Below are positions 26,437-36,800 of a stretch of DNA of 64,000 nt, in pieces; position 1 is the stretch's first letter, and each line of letters opens with the position of its first letter. The stretch covers positions 3,658,001-3,722,000 of the forward strand of contig CM120643.1 of the NCBI GenBank assembly GCA_051362555.1, in the 5' to 3' direction. The translations under genes and the position numbers were made by a program. The notes under the pieces were generated by a model that searched no databases, was not told the origin of the DNA, and was given only the letters and a program-made list of their open reading frames with translations. The DNA is from Lingula anatina. Its lineage: Eukaryota > Animalia > Brachiopoda.

Positions 26437-27039
26437 TTGGCGACAAGGCATTCGTAACTTGTAATTTTGCTGGCCTAAAGCTTAGTTTTCGCTGTGATCT
26501 AGCTGAAGGTGGATTACGCGGGAAATTCCTTTGTCTAACATCCTTTTGTATAATTGGGTGGAGCGGCGGTCAAAATTGTAGTTTCAATTTTGGATCATAA
26601 AGGTTACCGCTTCAGGAGACACTGGTATTTGTTGCGTATCTACTGTATTTTCAGTGCTTACGTGTGTGAATTGTGATATAAAGGAGATGTTGGTCTCATT
26701 CCCCTGTGTGTTGTTATCAAAGCTGAATTTACCACAAGACTGAGGTGCACACGTAATATTTTAGTTTCTTTGTTTCTTTAGTCTATTTGAAAGAATAAAA
26801 TATTGACTTTAGTGTTGTTGTTGATTATTCTTTTGTATTTTAGATAGGATTCTGAACAGAATTTCTGTCTAAATTCAAATTATTGCGTTGTGTGCCGAAG
26901 TCTTTCTTCCCCGAATTTGAATTAAATGTACGTTTTTGGATTCTATTTATAGTGAATTTCGCTATAAGCTTGGTAGTGTATTGTGCTTTGATAGGTGTAA
27001 TTATTTTGAATCAATTTAATTCTCGCTTACAAATGTACA

Positions 27040-28980
27040 ATGGCGAGTGCATCAAGGTTGCCAAGCAAGCGTGCGACTTACGATGAGCTCGTTACGCTGC
27101 CGGGTATAGGTCCTAAACGTGCAGAAAGGATAATATACGCTAGAGAGCAAGGGATCCCCGTGACCAGATCCAACATTTTGGAAATTTGTGGATCCAATAC
27201 CGAATCAAATAAAATCAAAAATTTCTCTTTTGGGGGTACTCACAGCAGTGAATTAGGATCTGAAGTCAACATGGGTGACCTAGACCCTAGCGTATTATCC
27301 ACTCAAAAAACTCATTACACAACTTCTAAAGTGACTTCCTACATTCAGCATGAAGGAAGAGCGGCTGCTGAGAGATATAGGGTGGAATTTGAAAAGATTC
27401 TCAAACTGGGTGAGAAAATTCAACACCAAGAACAAATTTCTCGCAGTAAAAATGTAAAAAACGCTGCTAATTATTCACCATCAACATATTCTAAATTAAA
27501 ATCTTGTTCAAAGTCACATTTTCACTCAGCTATTGACCCAAAATCTTTCACATCGCAGCCAGCCACTTTAGCCTCTGAATACGACATTTTTACTCTGCCT
27601 ATTGAGAGGCTGCATGCCAATAACAAAGATAAAAAAGTAACATCATCTGTGCATGCAAAGTCTCCAGGCCGCGTCATGAACCCTGATACTGTTACTGCCT
27701 TGCCGAATGGTAAGGACAGTAGTCGGCACTTTGCTCCGTCTGTCCATAAGGGTGATGTGAATTATGATCTGTATCAGTTTCATGTTCCTAAACCCGGACG
27801 GCGGCAACGACATGTTGAGCAAAATTTTGCCGATACAGTTCAACAAAATCATGATTACCGGTCTAGTTCAATAGGAAAACATTATACACGCCCTAGAATC
27901 TCGTCTCCCGTTTTCTGTGACGAACCACTAATTTATGAAAGGGATAACATTGAAAAAGAATACTTTCGGCTACCCAAACCAGAAAAAGTAGGTCCAAAAA
28001 GTAAAAAGGACAGAGTAGACCCCAGAGATTTACCTAAACAATTATCGTTTGACGGAAACAGTGACGACTGGGAGTCTTTCAGAAAAAGATATGAAAGTTA
28101 TCGCCAGATAAAAGAGTGGTCAGAAAACGAGTGTCTGGACTACCTTCTGTGGTGTCTTGAAGGCGAGGCTTTGGCCCTGTATAATAGCCATCTCAGAGCA
28201 AATAAAAATGTGTCGTACACATCTATAATGAAAGAAATGGACTTAGTGTTCGGGATTAAAAAACATCCCGATTCGGCTCGCCTGGCATTTCTTACTGCCG
28301 TTCAATCGCAAAACGAAACGTTAAACCAATGGCTGTGTCGCGTTTTGTTATTGGTCAGAGATGCTTATCCTGATAAATCCGAGTCTTTTAGGACAAAAGA
28401 AACAATATCAAAATTTTGTCAAGGCTGTATTGATCAGGATGCTGGGCGTTATACTAGTTTAAAGCACCCAGCAAGCATCAGCGACGCAATAACACATATG
28501 GTGGACTATCAACATGTTTGTAAACCCACGAATAGTCAAATACAAACAAGAAAAATACGTGAAAAAATTCAAATATGTTCTCTTAATCTTACAGCTAGAG
28601 AAAATCAACAATCTCCGTCTGAAAACGTTGAAAAACTAGCTAAGTCCATCATAGAGAAACGCGTCAGTCAGCAGCCAAAATTGAGCTCAATTCAATTTAA
28701 TTCAATGGCTGACTTGGAAAAAACGGTTGAACATTTGGTCAGGAAGTCCACACCTAAAACATCAAGTGTGTGTTTCTTCTGTAAAAGAAAAGACCATTTT
28801 AAAAGAAATTGCCAGAAATATAAAGAGTTCTTAAAACGAAAAAATACTGATAAAGAACTCGAAAAACAAGAGCGAGCTGATGACGCTGAGTCATTTAAAC
28901 ATAAGGTTCGAGCATCGAGTACATGTTCAAATACACCGTCTCAAATGCATGGCACAGAAAAACCTCACCTACTAAAATAA
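27040..28980 (+). CDS. gag: Gag with N-terminal helix-hairpin-helix, capsid-like region and CCHC zinc knuckle (646 aa)
   Basis: ATYDELVTLPGIGPKRAERII (ComEA-type HhH); FDGNSDDWESF...WSENECLDYLLWCLEGEA capsid motif; CFFCKRKDHFKRNC. Confidence 0.9.
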   Translation: MASASRLPSKRATYDELVTLPGIGPKRAERIIYAREQGIPVTRSNILEICGSNTESNKIKNFSFGGTHSSELGSEVNMGDLDPSVLSTQKTHYTTSKVTSYIQHEGRAAAERYRVEFEKILKLGEKIQHQEQISRSKNVKNAANYSPSTYSKLKSCSKSHFHSAIDPKSFTSQPATLASEYDIFTLPIERLHANNKDKKVTSSVHAKSPGRVMNPDTVTALPNGKDSSRHFAPSVHKGDVNYDLYQFHVPKPGRRQRHVEQNFADTVQQNHDYRSSSIGKHYTRPRISSPVFCDEPLIYERDNIEKEYFRLPKPEKVGPKSKKDRVDPRDLPKQLSFDGNSDDWESFRKRYESYRQIKEWSENECLDYLLWCLEGEALALYNSHLRANKNVSYTSIMKEMDLVFGIKKHPDSARLAFLTAVQSQNETLNQWLCRVLLLVRDAYPDKSESFRTKETISKFCQGCIDQDAGRYTSLKHPASISDAITHMVDYQHVCKPTNSQIQTRKIREKIQICSLNLTARENQQSPSENVEKLAKSIIEKRVSQQPKLSSIQFNSMADLEKTVEHLVRKSTPKTSSVCFFCKRKDHFKRNCQKYKEFLKRKNTDKELEKQERADDAESFKHKVRASSTCSNTPSQMHGTEKPHLLK

Positions 28981-28984
28981 TCAT

Positions 28985-30492
28985 TGCAGCAAAATCAACG
29001 TAGGGGCGTAGAGTGGGAGTCTGATCCTAGTATAGATCAAAATCCTGGGCCTTCAGGCAATTTTTCGTCCATTAAGTGGTCTCGGGTGTAGATCAGTGGA
29101 AAAGTGGACGTGGGCGCGCAGATTTCTGTAATGTCAGGGAGAGTGCATTGCGCGTATTTAATGTTAGCCACCAGTTTTTAGTTATATTGACCTACTATCT
29201 CTTGCTGCAGGGAATCGGAAATTTAGAAATACAGGTTTGCGACAAAATTTTGTGGTGAGATTAACTCTTGTACATGTAGCACCAATGAAAGTTGAAAATT
29301 GAATGCATATGTTCAGTACAACCTAAGTTTTCTGCAAATTGACGGAAAAGATATAGCGGGACGAAGGATTCACAGATCAAAGGAATAATAATAGCACTAG
29401 TACATATAGCGAAATGAAAAGAACAGTGGTATTCCCAAAATCGGAACATGATTCCATGCGAAATCTATAAACAGACTGAAAGGTAGTCTGGAAAGAAAAA
29501 GAGTAAATTGGGGTCACTGATTCAGAGAATGGTGCTGTCCAAAAATTCCGATCAATAAAGAAAACTTCATACGATAAAGTCATGTGGTAGCTACAGTAGC
29601 AAATGACATTTTGGAAACATCTAAATTTGATTGGTATTAACTTAGGGGGTGGATTGTAAAGTTAAAAAAAAAATAATAATAATAAAAAGCTGTGCCTGCA
29701 TTATCAGTTACAAAGCTGATGAGACAACATGTACCGATGTATATCGAATCTTAAAATACGCTTGTGGGATAAAACATACTAGTGGAGGTTTTCATTCACC
29801 CTCCTATAACTGGTAACATCCCTATAACAAGTGTACACCCGAACCAAGACCTAACTTGTGGGATTAAATTCTGCAGGGGTTTCAAGTGTTAATTCCCCTT
29901 ATTTCGAGAATATCCCTAGAACAAGTAACCGATTGAAAAGGACTAAATGTCACAGACTCTGAAGGTGGGTGGAAGCACTAAGGGCCCTTCAAGTGCCCCA
30001 TTCACTGGAAGACGTTTGTAAAACTAAAAATTAACACAAAACTACCGGTAGTATAACATCTTTCAAGACTCCAAACATCGGGAGTCCAAATTTAAATAAA
30101 ACCGCTGGTGAAGTTCACAATGGGCTAGACTCTTCGGGTTGCGTGTCTCTAGTAAAACAGGTTATCCCTGGACATCTGGAAGTGATGTTTACAGTATCTA
30201 AAGGGAATAGTGTAGAATCAAATTTAGAAGGGGTGTTTTCTAAATTGAAATATGTTTTTACTAGAGACAATTTTGATCTTGGTCGGTCTTAAGTCACTCA
30301 ACGTGGAAATGAAGCCGGGAATGCCGAATCCCTTAAATCGCTTATGCGGTGGATGCTTGCGTGTGTCATGCAGAAAGCATAGGGGGCATTGTTAACGGAA
30401 TGTTAACAACCGGATTCATACAAGGCTGACAAGAGTCAGTCTGTGTGGACATTAGCACCGGTGTTGAATAAGTAAACGTGACGTCACGGTGA
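28985..30492 (+). pseudogene. Decayed pol remnant (protease to start of RT)
   Basis: Homologous to the minus-strand pol: aaagtggacgtgggcgcgcagatttctgtaatg ~ KVDTGAQVSVM, KVGGST, and a W..APVL..RD-like segment at ~30447-30490; many stops and frameshifts. Confidence 0.75.
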
Positions 30493-30547
30493 AAAATTTC
30501 CAATAGGGAAAATTAAAAATATTGCTAGCAATTTCCTTAAAGAATTA

Positions 30548-31025
30548 GACTATCACTTTGTGATGTAGTTTATTTTTGTGTTTAAGAAAAATGGCTACAG
30601 TCTATTAAGATCAATTAATGGACTATAACTGTTATGTAGCTTATTTCTGTGTTAATTAACACATGACTACAGTCCATATGACTATCACTCTGTGATGTAG
30701 TTTATTTTGTGTTAATAAATCGCTACAGTCTATTGTGATCAATGGACTATAACTGTTATGTAGCTTATTTTTGTGTAAACACGTGACTACAGTCTAATTT
30801 GATGAAATTTTGAAAAACCGGGATCTTATTTTTGCATTCCATTTTTCTTTTTATTTATTTATGAGAATTTTTGGAACGGACTATCACTATATTTTTGGTG
30901 ATGTGACTGACTGGTGAATGAACAGCCTATCACAGTCTGTTCTACTGTTTATTTATTTTTTGTATTTTTTTTTCGGCGGACTATCACCTCAGTGATGTTG
31001 TTAGCACTAACAGCTAATGACAGTC
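30548..31025 (+). ncRNA. Six copies of a putative three-way-junction RNA motif in the 3' untranslated region
   Basis: GACT-[ATCAC/GTGAT hairpin]-[GTAG..CTAC hairpin]-AGTC at 30548, 30621, 30680, 30745, 30879, 30979, with compensatory changes. Duplicated at 42260-42737. Confidence 0.55.
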
Positions 31026-31320
31026 TGTACGAATATTTCAACTGGAATCCACTTTATTTTATTTATCGAAAGGAATTTTGAGTTTGTACATGGACAAACA
31101 TGTATTTATAAGTAGCTCCTTTCAAATAAAAGTGGGGGGAATGTTGTGTTCGTGCATTTTCCTACCTTCACCCGGTGTGCTCTCCCTGCGCGGAGAGCGC
31201 GCAATTACGGTAAGACTGCGCACACCAGGTGGAGAGCCCAACTTCCCTGCCTGATCCCGGTGAGTACAACTCAACCACAGCTACCGTGCAGACGTGTACG
31301 GTATAGACGACAAAAATAAT

Positions 31321-31375
31321 CAGAAAAATCACCGACCAGACCAGGAATCGAACCCGGGACCCCTCGCTTACAGGG
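31321..31375 (-). other. 3' half of the TRIM tRNA-like sequence (CCCTGTAAGCGAG...GATTTTTCTG)
   Basis: Exact reverse complement of 25858-25912. Confidence 0.9.
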
Positions 31376-31452
31376 AATAAAGTATTCACTGGTTCTACTT
31401 ACGGAATGAGATTGTAGATCACTGTGTATTGTGTCTCAATTCTGATTATTTT
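31376..31452 (-). repeat. Partial 3' LTR (R-U5-like part only) of the TatD element
   Basis: Reverse complement of the last ~77 nt of the LTR, ending ...TACTTTATT. Confidence 0.85.
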
Positions 31453-31477
31453 CAATTTTTGTTTTCCAAATTCCTGG

Positions 31478-33769
31478 TTACTCCCTTTTATACAAGGAAG
31501 TACCATTTTGTGTAGTGATTTTTAAAATATGAGAGACATCCACCCCTCTGTGCCCCGCCAATATCTCTGCCGTTTCATAGAGAATAAAGGGTGTTGAATG
31601 GCCCCCCTTTTTGCGAGCAAAATAGGGGGCATCTGACTCCAAAAGAAGTTTGGAGTCAGGCACCGCCCTAAGTGCTGCTAGTTGATTTTTGTTAAAGGTG
31701 GCAGCAACCCGGGTGAAACCAAAAAAGGTATTTGGTTGCTGCCTTCCCCAAATTTCGAGAAGGGCCTTAGTGCCTGTAAAGCAGTGAAAATGGATCCTCT
31801 GGGACTGCGGAACGCCACACAGTTTCAGATGAAACAAAAGAGATCTTATGGCGAACTCACAGTCTCCAGAGTCTCCCCTCACTCCCCTACAGTGCACAAC
31901 CAGGACATGCCTGGCCTCTAGAAAAGGCAGAAGTCTGTGGAGCAACTCAACCTGATCCTGCCATTTAGACATGGCTTCAGTGTGGTCAAAACCTACCTCG
32001 CCAAAAGCTGTTACTAGCGGCATCTTAACCAACTCTGAGAAAGCCTTAATTGCCTGGTCCAGATTGCCCTGAGAAAGCTTGCCGGCTAGCCTCGGGTGAA
32101 AACCAATAGCTACATACTCGATCCCAGACAGAGTGGAAAGATACCCCTTAGTAGGATATGTCTTGGGATCGCAGTAAATAGCTACAGTTCCCACCAACTC
32201 TACCTCTTTCCCAGAGCAAACAGGAAGCAAACCCTTAAGACCCTCTAACTTGCCAGAGTATGGAAGACCAAAGGCAGCCAGGGTTCTATCTAGATGATAG
32301 TGACTATCGAAAGCTTGCCTCCCTGACTTACTTTGTTCCCCCGCCTCCAGACAAGTTTCTGGCCTGGTGAACCCTTGAATCCACAACGACCTCTGCTGCT
32401 CCGTTATAGAAGCAGACAGCTGTGTCAGGACTCTCCAATCCACCAGGACCCCGACAGAGTTAGCTGGGTATAAGGTGAAACACACTGGGACCGGTTTATT
32501 GAGAAATTTACAGAAATTTTCCATGGCAGTAATTTGGATTGAAGAAAAAGTGCCATGGGCTAAATTTAATTTATCTGGAAGAGCCGAAATGAACTGGTAT
32601 AAAGTGTCCAGTTCTTTTTTAAAACCAAAAATGAAGAAAGTAAGCATCTCCAGTGCTTTAACCATTACACCCAAGATGTTGGGCTCAGGATTGGCGCGCT
32701 CATCAAAGATAGACGGGACATGCAGCCCCAGCGAATGCTGCCTGAGCATCTGCTCATTGAATTTCACCCCACACCCAGGGACCACACATTGCATCCCAGA
32801 GTGATCTTTCCTGGCCCTTTTGGGGTCAGGTCCAACCACTCCGGATGGTGTCTGGCTAGACCTTTTCGGTTCCCTGGTTGTAGGATGAGACAGCTCCGCT
32901 GACTCAACATGCCCATCCACCCCAGACTTTGCAGCAACCAACCCCTTGCCAGGTTTCTTACCACGCCTCCACCAAGGAGCTCTCTTCTTCCCCTTACGCT
33001 TACTGCCCCCCATGGGCTCAGATGGTACAGGCCCAGGAACAGGAACTTGGATCCCTGTTGGAGCAGCAGCTTCAGGGAGGTGTGAACCTGAAGAAGAGGA
33101 GATAGAAAAGTTAAAAGGGATGGCGGTATTTTGCAGCAGTGATGCGCCTGGCTTAGAAGCTTCCGGAGCAGCTGGAGGTTTCACGCTGGTTTCAGCATCC
33201 CTTGGGACTCCAAGAAGTCTGTCCTCCTCAATGGAGTCCAGACTGGAGTTGGGGTCGATGTTACTTGACCCCACACCAAGTTCAGCCTCAACCAATTGCG
33301 ATTCCACCTCCATAGGCTGGACCGAGCCACTCCCATCGACCACCTGGGAAATGAGTGTTATGTTTGGGTCCTTCCCAAGCCTGAAATCACGAGTTTTTTG
33401 TCCATCGTACTCCACGGAGGGAGCAGATTTCAAAACCCGTGCAGGAAGGGTGAAATTTTTGGGAAGGCGCCAAACATTCTTCTCAATCCAGTTTTTAGAC
33501 GCAAGCCCACTAGATTGTAGTTGGTAGGCCACTTGCTGCAACCATGCCAGAGACATGGCATACCTACCGGGAGCACGAAGCTCCTTTTTATAAATGGTAG
33601 CCATCCCAGCCACCAGTGTTTTGAAGTAGCTGCTGTGATCTTCCCCAGGCAGAGCCTGGGCCAAATCCTGGACAAACTGGGTTCCAGGGACATCTATAGG
33701 TGAACAATGCTGTAATCTGAGTGAAGTCTCCTTCACAACAGGTGCTACTTCCGTGATAGTATTGGCCAT
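31478..33769 (-). CDS. ORF3: TatD-family metal-dependent DNase with ~480-aa N-terminal extension (763 aa)
   Basis: TatD motifs FDSHYHLD, GFHP, FGEVGFD, VVHCR, HFHCFTG, LLESDAPYF in 31478-32315. Basic patch KRKGKKRAPWWRRGKK and C-x4-C..H-x4-H finger upstream. Confidence 0.9.
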   Translation of the reverse strand: MANTITEVAPVVKETSLRLQHCSPIDVPGTQFVQDLAQALPGEDHSSYFKTLVAGMATIYKKELRAPGRYAMSLAWLQQVAYQLQSSGLASKNWIEKNVWRLPKNFTLPARVLKSAPSVEYDGQKTRDFRLGKDPNITLISQVVDGSGSVQPMEVESQLVEAELGVGSSNIDPNSSLDSIEEDRLLGVPRDAETSVKPPAAPEASKPGASLLQNTAIPFNFSISSSSGSHLPEAAAPTGIQVPVPGPVPSEPMGGSKRKGKKRAPWWRRGKKPGKGLVAAKSGVDGHVESAELSHPTTREPKRSSQTPSGVVGPDPKRARKDHSGMQCVVPGCGVKFNEQMLRQHSLGLHVPSIFDERANPEPNILGVMVKALEMLTFFIFGFKKELDTLYQFISALPDKLNLAHGTFSSIQITAMENFCKFLNKPVPVCFTLYPANSVGVLVDWRVLTQLSASITEQQRSLWIQGFTRPETCLEAGEQSKSGRQAFDSHYHLDRTLAAFGLPYSGKLEGLKGLLPVCSGKEVELVGTVAIYCDPKTYPTKGYLSTLSGIEYVAIGFHPRLAGKLSQGNLDQAIKAFSELVKMPLVTAFGEVGFDHTEAMSKWQDQVELLHRLLPFLEARHVLVVHCRGVRGDSGDCEFAIRSLLFHLKLCGVPQSQRIHFHCFTGTKALLEIWGRQQPNTFFGFTRVAATFNKNQLAALRAVPDSKLLLESDAPYFARKKGGHSTPFILYETAEILAGHRGVDVSHILKITTQNGTSLYKRE

Positions 33770-33771
33770 AT

Positions 33772-33800
33772 CTGTAATAACAATGAAAAATAATTATTAG
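33772..33800 (-). promoter_or_regulatory. Candidate splice acceptor for a subgenomic ORF3 mRNA
   Basis: Minus strand CTAAT branch-like site, T-rich tract, then TTACAG 2 nt before the ORF3 ATG. Confidence 0.55.
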
Positions 33801-36800
33801 ATTTGACATTTTACACACTTGTATTTATCAATGTTTATCGCTTCGGTAGAAGTGACATTGACGCAGGATCCATGATACCATTCATGACAGTAATCACATT
33901 GAATCATGAATCTGCCCTGATAAGGCTCCCTGCAAATACAGTATGGTGTCAAATCTTCTTCCTCACTGTTACTCGAGTGCTGAAATTGTTCATCAGAAGC
34001 TAAATATTCTGTAATCCATGAGGGTACATTTCTGTCCCTACAGGGCATGAGCCTGTCATGGTTAATTACAAAGATTGCATTTTTTAGCTTCACTCGATAC
34101 AGATAGCCAGATAATTTCTTTACAATGATGGCGGGTCCTTTCCATGGTGAACACAATTTTCGTGATTTGCCTTTAGTTGTTGCTGTATCCAAAACATAAA
34201 CCAAATCCTTTTCAGCATAAGGTCTAAGCAGGATTTTAAGGTCATAGTCACGTTTCATGCGTTTTGAAGTTGTTTTTAAATTGGCTCTTGCTGTAATATG
34301 AGCTAATTTCATTTTTTGTACTAACTTTGAAATGTATTCACCATAGTCAGTTTCTTTTGATTTCAGATTTGGGAACATAATTTGGGCTGGAGTACTGACC
34401 TCCCTCCCAAGCATGAGCATATTAGGGGTATACCCCGTACTTCTGTTTACAGAAGCACGCAACGCGCCTGCAATTTGCTGGACATATTTATCCCATTCAC
34501 CCTGATTTTTACCCAAAAAACACCGTACGGCATCCATCAGGGTACGATTGAACCTTTCAACCTGTCCATTTGCAGACGGTCGGTACGGAGTAGTGCGTGA
34601 TTTGTGTATATGTAAGGCCCTACACAAATCCCCGAACAATTGACTTTCAAAATTCCGTCCCTGATCAGAAAAAAGTTGATAGGGATAACCGAACCTAGAA
34701 AAGAAACAGTCAATTGCTGCTTTCGCGGTAACTTCAGCCGTTTGAGAAGGCAACGGTACGCACTCTACCCACTTTGTGAATTGATCAACCATGACCAAAC
34801 AATGCTCATTACCTTTTGCTGTTTTAGGTAGCGGTCCCAAGAAATCAATATGAACCCGTTCCATCGGAGCACCTGCAACATATTCAGTCAGGGGGACTCT
34901 TCCGTAACACCCTTTTTTCTTATTTTTATTACAGATGTCACAACTCAGGACATAATTGGCTATTTCTTTGCTCATATGGGGCCAGTAAAATTTTTCTTTG
35001 ATTTTTGTTTTTGTTCTAGCCACTCCTTGGTGACCAGCTGAAGGGATATCATGATGTAACTTGAAAACAGAATTTTTTAATGATTCTGGGATGACTAATT
35101 TTAGATCTTTGCTTTCCTCTTCAGTTTTGAAAATGACTCCATGATGTAATTTGAATAATTCTTTATTCAGCCAGTAAGTTTTGGAGATTGGGCTTGATCG
35201 GAAGAGTGCACCCTGATCTGGGGTATTCCCATTGCATAACCACTCTCGTAAAATGTTAAGCTCAGGGTCTTTTGCTTGTTCAGTTTTTAATTTTTCCATA
35301 GAAAAACCCCAACACTGAGGAATATCCGGGTTTGGATTTGACCTCGCCTCCGGACCACACGCATTTATTTCTACATGAGATTCCTCGGGTTGCAGAGCTA
35401 CATCGGTAGAGAGGGCTACAATTTTATCTAGGAGACAATAAAAAAGATGTTCCGGACCCGTTTCTCGTCCCAGATTGACTGTATTTAATGAGGATGTTAG
35501 ATCGCGTTGACTTTTTGTAGATTTACCAGTAAATTTGGATGACAATTTTTTCTTTTCTGTTAAATTGACCGCTTCGTCGACGTCACCGAAAAAACTCCCC
35601 CAGTTTTCATGGGCTCTGACGCAATAACTACATCCTCCGCAAGGTAAATTTTCCGGCTTTATTCCCGCTATATACTCGTTACACGGTGCCAAATTGTCGG
35701 GTATTCTAGACAACGAATCAGCATTGCTATGCTTAGCTCCGGCACGATGTTGTACGATCATATTGAATTGCGAAAGCTCTTCTATCCACCTCGCGAGTTG
35801 ACCTTGAGGCTCCTTAAACCTCAGTAACCACGTCAGACTTGAATGATCGGTGCGAACGGTAAATATTCGGCCCAAAAGATAATACCTGAATTGTCTGGTA
35901 AATCTCACGATAGCCAAAAGCTCTTTTCGCGTGGTGCAATAATTCTTTTGTTCGGGAGTTAACGCGTAGCTGCCGTACGCAATTACTTTCTCCTCGCCGT
36001 TTTGCACTTGTATTAACTCTGCACCAATCGAGTGATTTGAAGCGTCGGTATCTAAAATAAACGGATCGTTTGCGTTTGGTAACGATAAGACTGGTGGTGT
36101 AGTCAATGCCGTTTTGAGCGCTTCGAAAGATTGAGCTTGATCTGGTCCCCATTCAAAGGCATGTTTACCTTTAATTTTGCTCAGAGGATGGGATATTTCC
36201 GCAAAATTTTTTATAAAAGTCCGGTGATAATTTGCCAATCCTAAGAACCTTTCAACGTCCTTAGAACAAGTGGGTTGTGGCCAAGAAGTTACAACTTCAA
36301 TATCCTTAGGGCTCATTTTCATGGTGTTATTAGAAACAATCCGCCCCAGGAATTCAACTTCTTTTTGAAACAAAACGCACTTTTTTGGCTTTAATTTGAT
36401 ACCGAACTGGCGAAATCTTCCCAAAGCCTCTTTCAAATTTTCTAAATGATTTTCAAAGGACTTCCCCATTACCAAAATGTCGTCCAAAAATGCCAAAACT
36501 GTTTTCCATGTCAACCCCTTCATAAGTAAATTGACTACTCGGGAGAAAGTCGCAGGAGCATTGGTCAAGCCGAAACCCATACGGACATGTTCGAATAATC
36601 CGTATTTCGTGATAAAAGCTGTTTTATGCCTATCTTCGGGTTTAATTTTGACTTGCCAATACGCAGAATTAGCATCTAACTTCGAAAACCAGATGTTTCC
36701 CGACAGCGTATCTTTGCAATCTTCCATTAATGGTAACGGGTACGTGTCTTTGACCGTGACATTGTTCAAGGCGCGATAATCGATGCACCATCGGACGGAA

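Larger units (their letters stand above)
26196..31325 (+). mobile_element. Non-autonomous gag-only Ty3/gypsy derivative
   Basis: LTR - PBS - leader - intact gag - decayed pro/RT start - structured 3' region - PPT (AAAAGTGGGGGGAA) - LTR (31142-31325, broken). Confidence 0.8.

Noticed and set aside
26438-26455. Selenocysteine-tRNA primer-binding site
   Set aside because: TGGCGACAAGG fits the tRNA-Ser(GCT) complement better than the Sec-type TGGCGCCC.
30548-31025. Hammerhead ribozymes (retrozyme-like)
   Set aside because: Three-helix topology, but no CUGANGA or GAAA core and no unpaired junction bases on either strand.
32475-33527. Plus-strand ORFs of 109 and 193 aa
   Set aside because: Antisense shadows of the TatD ORF with no recognisable motifs.
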